This document shows, piece after piece, positions 40,396 to 50,640 of a DNA stretch of 64,000 nt (position 1 is its first letter; each line of letters starts with the position of its first letter). The stretch is taken from NCBI GenBank assembly GCA_018238155.1, contig JABCTZ010000046.1:224001-288000 (forward strand), in the 5' to 3' direction. The notes below the pieces were generated by a model. The model worked only from the letters and a program-made list of their open reading frames with translations. It was not told the origin of the DNA and made no database searches. The DNA is from Candidatus Heimdallarchaeota archaeon (GTDB taxonomy: Archaea > Asgardarchaeota > Heimdallarchaeia > JABLTI01). Position numbers and translations under genes: made by a program.

Positions 40396-41343
40396 CTATT
40401 TTACTAATAGGGTTCCTGCTTTTTCTTTTAAAGCCTCTATTGCATTTTCAGGAGAAGTAATAATAGAAAGAGTTCCTCCATTTTCAATAAATCTTATTGC
40501 AGAACCTACTTTGGGTTTCATGCTACCTTTCGCAAATTGACCACCATCTAAAATCGTCTTCATCTCTTCAATGGTAATTTTTCCAATTGCTTTTTGATCA
40601 GGTTTCCCAAAATTGACATATGCATTTGGAACATCTGTTATTATCATAAGAATCTCAGCATCAATTTGAGTAGCTAAAACCTCTGTAGCTCTATCTTTGT
40701 CAATTACTGCTTCAACATCCTCAAATTGACCATTTTTTCGGGCAACAGGAATTCCACCTCCGCCAACAGCAATCACAATATCTCCTTCTTCCACACATCG
40801 TCGAATTGTTTTCCCTTCGAGTATTTTCAAAGGAATAGGTGAAGGAACTACTTTTCTGAATCCTCTTCCAGCATCATCGATGTATGTATCCTTAGATTTT
40901 TTTTGTAATTCAATTGCTTCCTCTTCTGTATAAAAGGGACCAATTGGTTTAGTAGGTTCCTTGAATGCAGAATCACTACTATCAACTAATACACGAGTAA
41001 TTATTGCAACTACACGTTTATCTTTCATCCCTGCTTCATACAGGAGCTCTTCCATAGCAGTTTGTATCATAAAACCAATTTGACCTTGAGACATTGCGCC
41101 ACAGATATTCAAAGGTTGTGCTGGTATTCCATCTGTTACAGCTGATGTTTGCTGAACAAGTATATTGCCTACTTGTGGACCATTGCCATGAGTAAGAATA
41201 ACGCCATAACCCATCTCGATAATTTTCACAATAACTTCAGTAGCAACGCGCAAATTTTCCATTTGCTGTTCATAGGTTTTTGGTTGACCTTTCTGAAGAA
41301 TCATATTTCCGCCAAGTGCTATTGCAACAAGTTTTTTTTCCAT
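40396..41343 (-). CDS. arcC: Carbamate kinase
   Basis: ALGGN, THGNGPQVG, PTKPIGPFY, GGGGIPV, EAVIDKD, GSMKPKV. Confidence 0.96.
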   Translation of the reverse strand: MEKKLVAIALGGNMILQKGQPKTYEQQMENLRVATEVIVKIIEMGYGVILTHGNGPQVGNILVQQTSAVTDGIPAQPLNICGAMSQGQIGFMIQTAMEELLYEAGMKDKRVVAIITRVLVDSSDSAFKEPTKPIGPFYTEEEAIELQKKSKDTYIDDAGRGFRKVVPSPIPLKILEGKTIRRCVEEGDIVIAVGGGGIPVARKNGQFEDVEAVIDKDRATEVLATQIDAEILMIITDVPNAYVNFGKPDQKAIGKITIEEMKTILDGGQFAKGSMKPKVGSAIRFIENGGTLSIITSPENAIEALKEKAGTLLVK

Positions 41344-41528
41344 ACTTTGCCTGTCCAAATGAAATTTTTTCGTATTTATCTAGTAAAGAGGTATCTCTTA
41401 GAGATATTTTGTTTAAAAAATCTTCTAAAAGAAGAAGAAATAAGTGAATAAAATAGCACTTTTTTGTGAGTTGAAGCACAAATGAATTATATTGTATGGT
41501 GTATAGTAATATTTCAGAAGGGATAGTC

Positions 41529-42359
41529 ATGAAAGAATTTGAAGTACTACTTGAGGAACTAGCTGTATCTAGCGATATTGAAATTCAATGCACTATCATT
41601 TCTCGATTAGGGGAAACAGGTGAAAAAGAAGCGATAGGTTTCTTAGTCAAATATTTTAGTAGAAAAATTGATAATGTAATTAAAAGCCACATTACTAATG
41701 CATTAATCAAGATTTGTGGAAAAAAGGCTCCAAAAGAATTGCTTAAACTTTTACGGCATGAATCTTGGGTTACTCGGATGAAAGCAGCAGAAATTTTAGG
41801 TGAAATTGGAGATAAAAAAGCTGTTCCGCTTTTGATAAGAACACTACGCATTGATCCAGAACAAACAGTTAAAGAATGGGTTGCGATTTCTTTAGGTAAA
41901 ATTGGAGATAAAAAAGCTTCAAAACCCCTTGTTGCAAGCCTATTAAGTGATCCTAATTTTGAAGTTAGAATGGAATCAGCTAATGCTTTAGGTAGGATAT
42001 TGGAAAAGAAATCAACCAACTCCCTATTAGATGCTTATTATTTAGATGATGATTATAGAGTGAAATGGGCAGCAGCCTCAGCATTAGTAAAATTAGATGA
42101 AGAAAAATCAAAAGAACTCATAGAAGAATTGACTACTAATTTAATTGATATCATTCGATTCGAAAAAGATGAAATAATTGTTGGAGCTGCAGCAAAAACA
42201 TTAGGGGAAATTGGAAATGAAATTTCGGCGAAAATTCTGCTCAAAACCATGAAAATTAGTAGAGAATTGGTTCAATTGGAGATAAATTTGGCTCTTGATT
42301 GTATGGCAAAACGGTTTAACTATAGAAATAAAGAAGAATTTGTGAAAAATATACACTAG
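41529..42359 (+). CDS. HEAT/PBS-lyase repeat protein
   Basis: Repeated (V)RxxAAxxLGxIGDxxA units; near-identical 28-mers at 41795 and 41891. Confidence 0.88.
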   Translation: MKEFEVLLEELAVSSDIEIQCTIISRLGETGEKEAIGFLVKYFSRKIDNVIKSHITNALIKICGKKAPKELLKLLRHESWVTRMKAAEILGEIGDKKAVPLLIRTLRIDPEQTVKEWVAISLGKIGDKKASKPLVASLLSDPNFEVRMESANALGRILEKKSTNSLLDAYYLDDDYRVKWAAASALVKLDEEKSKELIEELTTNLIDIIRFEKDEIIVGAAAKTLGEIGNEISAKILLKTMKISRELVQLEINLALDCMAKRFNYRNKEEFVKNIH

Positions 42360-42463
42360 AGAAAGAAAGAGTGAGAAAAAACCCGTTTAAAGCTATTTTG
42401 TGTTCAATGATAGTCTTTTTAACCTAAGAGTTCAAAACAATAATAAAAAAGAGTTGGCTAGGG

Positions 42464-43486
42464 ATGGAAAAATCAAAAGTCTATTACTACAACAATCTTT
42501 CAAACCTAAAATCAGGTGTGAACAAATTTTTCAAAATGATTGCTGAGGATATTGAAGATGAGACAAAAACGGGCATCAAAATCCATTTCGGCGAAGGCGA
42601 CAACGATACACACGTTCAACCGGATTTGCTTAAGGATTTAAACAAATATTTTAAAGAACCAATTTTCGTTGAATGTAATGTCCTCTATAGAGGAAACAGA
42701 TTACGAAAAGATGATCACATAAAACAAGCATTAGCTCATGGGTTTAATTTCTTAGAAATAGATATTTTAGATGGTGAAATGGGAGAAGATTATACAGAGA
42801 TTGAAATCGATACGAAAAACACGCAGAAAGCAAAAATCGGAAAAGGACTGAAAAATTACGATAATTTAGTTTCTATTGCTCATTTTAAAGGACATATTGT
42901 CGCAGGTTTCGGTGGAGCACTGAAAAATATTGGCATGGGACTCGGTTCACGAGGTGGAAAACTAGACATGCATGCCGGAGTTGCACCAATAATTGATGTT
43001 GATAATTGTACTGGCTGTGGTTCATGCTCAGAACAATGTCCTGCAGATGCCATCGAAGTAAATAAATATGCTGTTATTGATGAATCATTATGTATCGGTT
43101 GTGCTCAATGTATTGCTGTTTGCCCTGAAGGAGTAATAAAAATCCCTTGGGGAAAACGAAAGGGTGATGAATTCTTAGAGAAAATAGCTGAATATACACT
43201 TGCCTGTGTAAAAGATAAGAATTGGTGGCACATTAACTTTTTAACAGATATAACAATGAAATGTGATTGTTTTGGCTCAAAACAAGAACCATTCATGGAT
43301 GATATTGGTATTCTCTTTTCAAAAGATCCTATTGCAATAGATAAAGCATCAATGGATCTACTAATTGAGAAGAATGATGGTGTAGACCCATTCAAGAAAT
43401 TCAGTAATAATAGTCAGCATCTTCTTAAATATGGAGAAGAAATCGGTTTAGGTTCAATGAAATATGAACTAATTAAAATCGATTAA
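42464..43486 (+). CDS. DUF362 family Fe-S protein
   Basis: KIHFGE, HFKGH...FGGALKNIGMG, two CxxCxxC ferredoxin motifs, CDC, DPIAID. Confidence 0.88.
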   Translation: MEKSKVYYYNNLSNLKSGVNKFFKMIAEDIEDETKTGIKIHFGEGDNDTHVQPDLLKDLNKYFKEPIFVECNVLYRGNRLRKDDHIKQALAHGFNFLEIDILDGEMGEDYTEIEIDTKNTQKAKIGKGLKNYDNLVSIAHFKGHIVAGFGGALKNIGMGLGSRGGKLDMHAGVAPIIDVDNCTGCGSCSEQCPADAIEVNKYAVIDESLCIGCAQCIAVCPEGVIKIPWGKRKGDEFLEKIAEYTLACVKDKNWWHINFLTDITMKCDCFGSKQEPFMDDIGILFSKDPIAIDKASMDLLIEKNDGVDPFKKFSNNSQHLLKYGEEIGLGSMKYELIKID

Positions 43487-43510
43487 TCTTTTTCAATGTA
43501 GGATATTACA

Positions 43511-44479
43511 ATGAGCACTATTCCAATTGAAGGAAAAAATGCAGCACATGTAGATAGAGAAGAACGAATGAAACAAGCAAGAAATGTGATGATAATCGGT
43601 CTTGTTCTCAATGTCATTCTCGCTGCAGCAAAAATTTCTATTAGCTTAATTTTTGAAAGTATATCTTTATTTGCAGATGGTTTAGATTCTGCTTTGGATA
43701 TTGCAACAATAATTTTGGGATTCGTAGCGATTAAAATTGCAGATAGACCTGCAGATAGTGATCATCAATTCGGACATCAAAAATTCGAGAATTTTTTCTC
43801 TTTAGGAATTGCTTTGTTATTGATAACATCCTCAGGTATCATTGGTTATCAAGCTGTAACTCGTTTAATTGTTCAAACTGATTTAGTATTTCATGTTCTA
43901 AATGTGATTATTGCTTCTACAAGTATCGTGCTTAAAGGAATATTAGTTTGGATAAACATTAGAATTGGAAAAAGAATCGATTCACCTTCACTAATCGCTA
44001 ATGGTTTGAATTTTAGAACAGATATTTTAACGTCAATAGTAGTGTTAATCTCAGTCACTATTGGCACCATCAAAATTAATGGCAAAACATTATTTTGGTT
44101 GGATCCGGCAATTGCTATTCTAATCAGTATAGTAATAATCTTCACAGCAATTAAAATTACAAGAGAGTCTGCTCATGTATTATTAGATAAAAGTGCAGAC
44201 AAAGAAATTATAGATGAGATAATTAAAATTTCAAGAAGACAAGAAGGAGTAAAAGGAATCGGTGCAATACGATCACGAACAATTAGTGAAAGCAATATTT
44301 TCGTTGATTTAGATGTTTTTCTTGACCCAGAAATGACAATTGAACAAGGACATGATATTGCAAATATTGTAGAAGAAGCCATTAGAAAAGAATTACCAGT
44401 AAAATACTTGCAGATTCACATTGAACCTTATCATCCTGGGGATGGAGTGAAATGCATATCAGAAGCAGAGGAAGAATAA
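43511..44479 (+). CDS. Cation diffusion facilitator (FieF-like)
   Basis: ADGLDSALD, PADSDHQFGHQKFE, NFRTD, HIEP. Confidence 0.92.
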   Translation: MSTIPIEGKNAAHVDREERMKQARNVMIIGLVLNVILAAAKISISLIFESISLFADGLDSALDIATIILGFVAIKIADRPADSDHQFGHQKFENFFSLGIALLLITSSGIIGYQAVTRLIVQTDLVFHVLNVIIASTSIVLKGILVWINIRIGKRIDSPSLIANGLNFRTDILTSIVVLISVTIGTIKINGKTLFWLDPAIAILISIVIIFTAIKITRESAHVLLDKSADKEIIDEIIKISRRQEGVKGIGAIRSRTISESNIFVDLDVFLDPEMTIEQGHDIANIVEEAIRKELPVKYLQIHIEPYHPGDGVKCISEAEEE

Positions 44480-44799
44480 TGACGCAGAAAGAAGAAAAAA
44501 TGCCAGAAGATGAATATGCGGTTTTACAAACCAAATTTTTGATGATTATGGTTGCTATCTCCATTACAAGTGCAATTGGTGTATTTAGTTCATCAGCATT
44601 TTTATTTACTAATCCAGGAGTAATAAGTGGGATAGTTTTTGCTTTATGCTTAATTTTCCTTGTAATTGTACCAATTATTTTATTAGCAATCTATTACAAT
44701 AAAAAAATGAAACCATTAAAAGTTGAGGAAGAGAAAAGAATAATCACTCTTACAAAGTCAAGCAAATCAAAAGGCAGTCGTTTGGAATTTTTGGAATAA
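44479..44799 (+). CDS. Small 2-TM membrane protein
   Basis: ATG overlaps the CDF stop (TAATG); two hydrophobic helices. Confidence 0.7.
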   Translation: MTQKEEKMPEDEYAVLQTKFLMIMVAISITSAIGVFSSSAFLFTNPGVISGIVFALCLIFLVIVPIILLAIYYNKKMKPLKVEEEKRIITLTKSSKSKGSRLEFLE

Positions 44800-44936
44800 A
44801 AAAATATAGAAATGTTCCAATTTATTTTTTATAAAAGTATATTCTAAAAAGGATGTCTTGTTATAGTTTAAAGAGGTAAATTAATATCGTTTATTGATAT
44901 CCTTAGATAGAATGTCTATTATTCAAGTTAACGCAA

Positions 44937-46826
44937 TTGGAATCTATTGCTAACTATGAAGGAGTGTTAGATTTGCCTCGAAGAAAAGTAAACATACTTG
45001 TGATATGGTTTATTCTTATTTTTGCTATTCAATTAGCATTTGGATTGAGAGCAGTAACCAGTCAATATGATCTCAATAATAGTCTAAATATTAGAGAAGA
45101 TCTTTTACCTGTAGCTCTAGTTGACACACCAGGAAACATTACCGATCAAGTGCTGTTATTGTTTGTTGATGGAATGAGATATGATCGAATGTTGGAAGTA
45201 AATACTCCAAATATCGATCGTTTACGAGCAAATGGAACGACATTTTCAAATTATTATTCAATACAGCCAAGCTATAGTAGAGTAAATTATGCCGGCTTTT
45301 CGACAGGTTCAACAACAAATATTACTAATGTTTATGCAAATGCTTATGACAAAGAATTAGAAATCCCAACTTTCTTTGATATAATCAATACAACAGACTT
45401 GACAACAGGATTGGTTACGGGTGGTGGAGGTTGGAAATTATTTCTGGAAAGAAGCACTGATGTATTTGTAAAAGTAAAAACTGAATATCATGGATTAAAT
45501 CAAGATTCTTTTATTCGAGATGCAGCTCTCACATCAATTCAAGATAATTTTACTAATATACAAATGGTAACTTTTATTGATGTTGATGGGAATGGGCATG
45601 AATTTGGCGCTGCCTCTCTAGAATATGCTCAAGCAATAATTAATGCAGATACCTACATTGGAGAAATACTGGACCTTTATGATTCATTAGGGCAACTGGA
45701 AAATACAACTGTGATAGTTTTCAGTGATCATGGAATGTTAGATGAAGGAGGACATGGAGGTTTAGCTGAACAAGAAACACATGCTAGTTTAATTATATCT
45801 GGAAAGGGTATAAAATCTGCAGGAGTCATAAATGAGAATCTTTCAAGAATGAACGATGTCATTCCAACAATATTGGCAATGCTGGGATTACCTTTAGCAG
45901 CATCAATGAATGGAGCTATTTTGTTTGATAGCATTTCAACTTCTGTTAAAACTAATGCAATTTATAGTATTCAGAAGGCAGAGATAATGTTACAACATTT
46001 GACTATTTCCTTAGCTAAAGTGAAATTATTATCAGCAAAATCAAAGTTGAAATACACAAACCTCCTACCAACAGCTATAAGTAATATTACAGAAGCAAAA
46101 GCACAATACATAGCAGCAAATTATAATGAAACAGTAACTACTTCACAACTTGCTGAACAAAACTCGCGATTACTTTTGAGTAATCTTATCTTTCAATATG
46201 GTTCAGCAGAAAAATTAGCACGAAATTTATTTATGATAGGAATATTTGTAATATTGACAGCAACAGTTTTCTTCTTAGTTAGATCAAAAATAATTGAAAT
46301 AACTCATTTCGAAGTTTTCACTAAACAACTAATTATTCCAGAAATATTAGGTTCGGTAATTGCTTTATTTGTTGTTGTTGTTATGTTTGTAATAGGTGGA
46401 TTCGGTTATGGGACATCTCAATTCAATAGTATAAGTCAACCATTAATTCCAAACTTAACAGCATTTTTCATATTGCTAGTTTTAGGAATATTCTTACCAT
46501 GGTTATTCGTTTACTTGAGATTTCGGAAAGAAGAGAATAAACCAACTACATACAAAGGATGGCAAAAACATTTTCTACGTTCTTCAATAGGATCAATAGC
46601 ATTTCTCTCAGTATCAGCATTTGCATATGTTCTCTATTACATTAGCAAATATGGACCATGGCCAAATTGGCTGCTACCTGATATTGCTGAATACTATGCA
46701 TTTATGATCATTGGAGTTTTAAGTAGCATTATCTATATTGCAGCTTTTGTTTTAATGTTGATTATTTGGTTACAAAAGAGAAAACAACAAATCATTAACC
46801 AAAATGATGTTGTATTGGATAATTAA
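44937..46826 (+). CDS. Alkaline-phosphatase superfamily (NPP/PIG-like) membrane enzyme
   Basis: N-terminal TM; VDGMRYD, PSYSR, DVDGNGH, SDHGMLDEGGHGG, DVIPT; about 5 C-terminal TMs. Confidence 0.8.
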   Translation: MESIANYEGVLDLPRRKVNILVIWFILIFAIQLAFGLRAVTSQYDLNNSLNIREDLLPVALVDTPGNITDQVLLLFVDGMRYDRMLEVNTPNIDRLRANGTTFSNYYSIQPSYSRVNYAGFSTGSTTNITNVYANAYDKELEIPTFFDIINTTDLTTGLVTGGGGWKLFLERSTDVFVKVKTEYHGLNQDSFIRDAALTSIQDNFTNIQMVTFIDVDGNGHEFGAASLEYAQAIINADTYIGEILDLYDSLGQLENTTVIVFSDHGMLDEGGHGGLAEQETHASLIISGKGIKSAGVINENLSRMNDVIPTILAMLGLPLAASMNGAILFDSISTSVKTNAIYSIQKAEIMLQHLTISLAKVKLLSAKSKLKYTNLLPTAISNITEAKAQYIAANYNETVTTSQLAEQNSRLLLSNLIFQYGSAEKLARNLFMIGIFVILTATVFFLVRSKIIEITHFEVFTKQLIIPEILGSVIALFVVVVMFVIGGFGYGTSQFNSISQPLIPNLTAFFILLVLGIFLPWLFVYLRFRKEENKPTTYKGWQKHFLRSSIGSIAFLSVSAFAYVLYYISKYGPWPNWLLPDIAEYYAFMIIGVLSSIIYIAAFVLMLIIWLQKRKQQIINQNDVVLDN

Positions 46827-46863
46827 GGAAAAATAAGGAAATCAAATCCTTATTTATTTTTTT

Positions 46864-48438
46864 TCATTCCCATTCTATTGTTGCAGGTGGTTTTGAAGTA
46901 ATGTCATAAACTACTCTATTAACCCGTTCAACATTGTTGATTATTTTATTAGAAATGACAGCAAGCGTTTCATAAGGAATTTTTGACCAATCAGCAGTCA
47001 TTGCATCCACAGAATTAACAGAACGTAAAACAACAGTCCATTCGTAGGTACGCGAATCACCCATGACACCGACAGACTTCACAGGTAACAAAACAGAGAA
47101 ACTCTGCCAATAATTATGATATTCGCCACGCTTCTTGATTTCTCCAATAAAAATAGCATCAACTTCCTTCAATGTATCTAGTTTCTCTTGAGTGAGCTCA
47201 CCCAATATTCGCACGGATAATCCTGGTCCGGGGAAGGGATGTCGTTCAATAAGCTCAGGGGAGATATCTAGTAATCGACCAACTTTGCGAACTTCATCTT
47301 TGTAAAGTTCTTTCAGAGGTTCAATGACTTTCAGAGACATTTTCTCAGGGAGGGCAAGATTGTGATGAGTCTTTATCTTTGCTGCAGATTTTGAAGGTTG
47401 AGCAGATTCAATTCGATCAGGATAAATTGTTCCTTGAACAAGGAAACCAAATTTACCAAATTTCTTCTCAAGTTCTTTTTCAAAAGTTTCAAAAGTTTCA
47501 ATGAATTTATGACCAATAATTTTCCTTTTTTCTTCAGGATCAGAGACGCCTTTAACAGCATCTAAGAAATCCTTTTGTGCATTAATTTTATAAAAATACT
47601 TGAAATTCAAATCCTCTCTGAAAAATCGCTCAACTTCTTCAGGTTCATCTTTACGCATAAAACCATGATCAACAAAAACACAATGTAATTTATCGCCAAT
47701 ACTTTTATGCATAAGAATTGCTGAAACAGTAGAATCTACACCACCACTAACACCAATAATAACTCTATTGTCTCCTACTTCATCGCGGATTTGTTGTATT
47801 TGCTCTTCAATGTAGCTTTCCATTGACCAATTTTTAACCAGTTTTGCGATGTCAAAAAGGAAATTAGCAATTAATTGAGTGCCATTTTCTGTATGAACGA
47901 CTTCTGGGTGAAATTGTAAACCAAAAAGCATTTTATCTAAATTCTCAAATGCAGCAATTTCACAGTTTTCACTTGAAGCGGTTGTTTTGAATCCCTCAGG
48001 TAATTCTGCTACTTTATCACCATGAGACATCCAAACATTACACTCATCGTCGAAATTTTTGAAGAGATGTGATTTATCAGAAATCTGCATTATTGTATTA
48101 CCATATTCTCTCTTCTTACCGGGGATAACTTTCCCTCCATAATACAGAGAAATGAATTGAAGACCATAACAAAGCCCTAAGACAGGTATTTTTTCTTTTT
48201 CAAAGAAGCTCATTGTCTCACTTGAGATTTTTGGGCCATTTTTATCATAGACGCTATTTGGTCCACCAGAAAAGATAACTGCTTTTACATTATGACTAAT
48301 CAAATCAGCAGGCGTAGTTTCCCAACTGAAAATTTCAGAAAGAACACCTAAATCTCGTACTCTACGAGCAATAAGATGTGTATATTGACCTCCAAAATCA
48401 ATTACAGCTACAATATTATTATTTACCATTTTTTGCAC
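46864..48438 (-). CDS. guaA: GMP synthase (glutamine-hydrolysing), fused GAT + ATPPase
   Basis: DFGGQYT, GLCYGLQ, QFHPEV, SGGVDS, HPFPGPGL, KPPATIEWE. Confidence 0.97.
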   Translation of the reverse strand: MQKMVNNNIVAVIDFGGQYTHLIARRVRDLGVLSEIFSWETTPADLISHNVKAVIFSGGPNSVYDKNGPKISSETMSFFEKEKIPVLGLCYGLQFISLYYGGKVIPGKKREYGNTIMQISDKSHLFKNFDDECNVWMSHGDKVAELPEGFKTTASSENCEIAAFENLDKMLFGLQFHPEVVHTENGTQLIANFLFDIAKLVKNWSMESYIEEQIQQIRDEVGDNRVIIGVSGGVDSTVSAILMHKSIGDKLHCVFVDHGFMRKDEPEEVERFFREDLNFKYFYKINAQKDFLDAVKGVSDPEEKRKIIGHKFIETFETFEKELEKKFGKFGFLVQGTIYPDRIESAQPSKSAAKIKTHHNLALPEKMSLKVIEPLKELYKDEVRKVGRLLDISPELIERHPFPGPGLSVRILGELTQEKLDTLKEVDAIFIGEIKKRGEYHNYWQSFSVLLPVKSVGVMGDSRTYEWTVVLRSVNSVDAMTADWSKIPYETLAVISNKIINNVERVNRVVYDITSKPPATIEWE

Positions 48439-48535
48439 TCTGTCGTAACGACAATGAAAGAGTATTTGAATATTCAGTTTATATCATTGTGTTAATTTTC
48501 TTTCTTTGCGTTTTGAGCTAGGTATCTTTTCTTCA

Positions 48536-50305
48536 TTACTTATCATTTTGTCTTTTCTCGGGAAAAGATTGACCGATAATGGCTTCCAGAATATTCTTAG
48601 CTTTTTCACCAGGTTTCTCTAAAGGTTCAACTGTAAATTTATCAAATGGTGCTCTTCGAAGTGTAGCTTTTACTTGGTAAAGCTTATTGAATCTGAACAA
48701 AGTTATTTTGACTTTTTGTTTTGGGTTAAAATTCAGTAGATATTCGTCCATATCATCATTTGGTGAAACTCTTAAATCATTAATGGCAACTATTTCATCT
48801 CTTGCATAAATTCCTGCTTCTTCTGCAGGAGAGCCACTAAGAACGGATTTTACAATGAGTTTGTTTTCTTTTGTTTGGAGAATCCAGCCAATGAAAGGTA
48901 TACCTTCTTTCCTATTTTTCTCTTTTGTTTTATTCTCTGCTTTTATCTGGAGACCGGCAAACTTGAACCATTCGTTTGGAATATCCTCCATTCCTTCAAT
49001 AAATCGATAGAAGAAGTCTGAAAGATCAATTCCAACGGCTTCTGACATTATTTCAAGAATTTTATCTTCAGGAAAACCAATATCCTTTTTGCCATAGTTC
49101 TTCCAGAGATAAAGCAGAATATCATCCAAACTTTTCTGATTATTGGTTTCATTTCTTAACCAAAAGTCTAAACCAATTGCAGCATTTATTTTTCCTCGAG
49201 AGTAATAGGAAATGGTAGAATTTACAGTGTTTTCATCTCGTCTATAAAGCTTAATCCATGCATCGAAAGAGCTCTGTGCAGCAGATTGTTTGAAACGACC
49301 AGGAGTGGTCAAAACAGAATCCAATGTTTTTTCCAGCATTTTCAGATACTGATCAAGAGTGATTAATCCGGCTCTAACTAACCAGATATCTTGATAATAG
49401 CTGGTCCATCCCTCACAAAGCCATAAACAACGAGTATAATTCTCATTTTCATAATCAAACGGTCCAAGGGGTTGTGGTCTTAATCTCTTCACATTCCATG
49501 TATGGAAATACTCATGTGATTCTAACCCAAGAAAACCAATGTAGTCTTCCCGCTTTCTCAATTTTGAACCAGAATAAACAGAGACATTACAATTTTTGTG
49601 TTCTAACCCTCCGAATTGTCCTTCAACTAAATGAATTATAAAAACATAATTATCATATGGCAGCCCACCGAAAAATTCTCCTTGTGTTTCAACAATCTTT
49701 TGGAGGTCTAATAGAAGCTGTTTCTTATTGTAATTTCCTTGACCGAAAATTGCTACTTCATGTGTTTTTTCTAAAACGTCAAAAAAATCTTTTGTATGCG
49801 TACCGCACTCAACAGGTGAATCAACAATTTCATCGAAATCTTTTGCATAATACAATCCGATTTCTTCATTGAATTTCAATGGAGTTGAAATATGCCACTT
49901 TTTGTAAGGGATAATTTTTATTGTTGCAGAAAGATCTAATTTGTTATCAAGATACATAAAAACATTGGAACCATTGAAAAAACCATGTTCTCCATCTAGA
50001 TATGCTGTTCTCACCGAAAATTCAAAAGCATAAACATTATAGAACACCGTAAATGAACTCTTCCCTCTAGTTTCAATTTCCCACGTGTTCTTTTTAGTCT
50101 TCTGAAAATCAAGAGGGGATCCTGCATCCTCAACTCTAAAGTCTTGAACATGCCTCGAGTATTCTCTTACCAGATAAGAGCCAGGAGTCCAAACAGCCAT
50201 TTTTAAAACCGCTTTTTCATCCACAAAATCTGTCACAAATATTTTTACTTCGAACAAATGATTGTGTGGATTACTCATACTAATCTCATAATGAATTTTC
50301 GCCAT
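48536..50305 (-). CDS. M61 glycyl aminopeptidase with C-terminal PDZ domain
   Basis: WTPGSY, GGLEH, HEYFHTWNVKRLRP, EGWTSYY, GSPAEEAGI..RDEIVAIN. Confidence 0.93.
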   Translation of the reverse strand: MAKIHYEISMSNPHNHLFEVKIFVTDFVDEKAVLKMAVWTPGSYLVREYSRHVQDFRVEDAGSPLDFQKTKKNTWEIETRGKSSFTVFYNVYAFEFSVRTAYLDGEHGFFNGSNVFMYLDNKLDLSATIKIIPYKKWHISTPLKFNEEIGLYYAKDFDEIVDSPVECGTHTKDFFDVLEKTHEVAIFGQGNYNKKQLLLDLQKIVETQGEFFGGLPYDNYVFIIHLVEGQFGGLEHKNCNVSVYSGSKLRKREDYIGFLGLESHEYFHTWNVKRLRPQPLGPFDYENENYTRCLWLCEGWTSYYQDIWLVRAGLITLDQYLKMLEKTLDSVLTTPGRFKQSAAQSSFDAWIKLYRRDENTVNSTISYYSRGKINAAIGLDFWLRNETNNQKSLDDILLYLWKNYGKKDIGFPEDKILEIMSEAVGIDLSDFFYRFIEGMEDIPNEWFKFAGLQIKAENKTKEKNRKEGIPFIGWILQTKENKLIVKSVLSGSPAEEAGIYARDEIVAINDLRVSPNDDMDEYLLNFNPKQKVKITLFRFNKLYQVKATLRRAPFDKFTVEPLEKPGEKAKNILEAIIGQSFPEKRQNDK

Positions 50306-50640
50306 TATAACTTCCTCTGATAATTTTTAAGAGAAACCATTAGAAAATCTTTTCATTTAAATGAAGAATATTCAGAAATAGATTCTATAGGCCTTCAAAA
50401 ATAATGCAAGAGATATTTCAAATCGATGAAACCTATACAATTGGATTCAATAGGGGAGGAAACTACGTTTGACCTTCAAATATCCAAAATATATTCGAGT
50501 TGAATGAAGAGGTCATGGAAATTTCTCTTTTGATAAGGAATTAATCAATTGCTTAATGAAATTTTAAAAATAGAATCTAAAATGTGAAAAGAAAGGTTTT
50601 TGAAAATATCAGCAGTTGTAAAAAATAAAGATGTTACAAG

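Noticed and set aside
50400-50520. Short ORF (MQEIFQIDETYTIGFNRGGNYV) and imperfect inverted repeat, as a possible MITE or gene remnant
   Set aside because: No terminal repeats with target duplication, no second copy in the window, and no recognisable motif.
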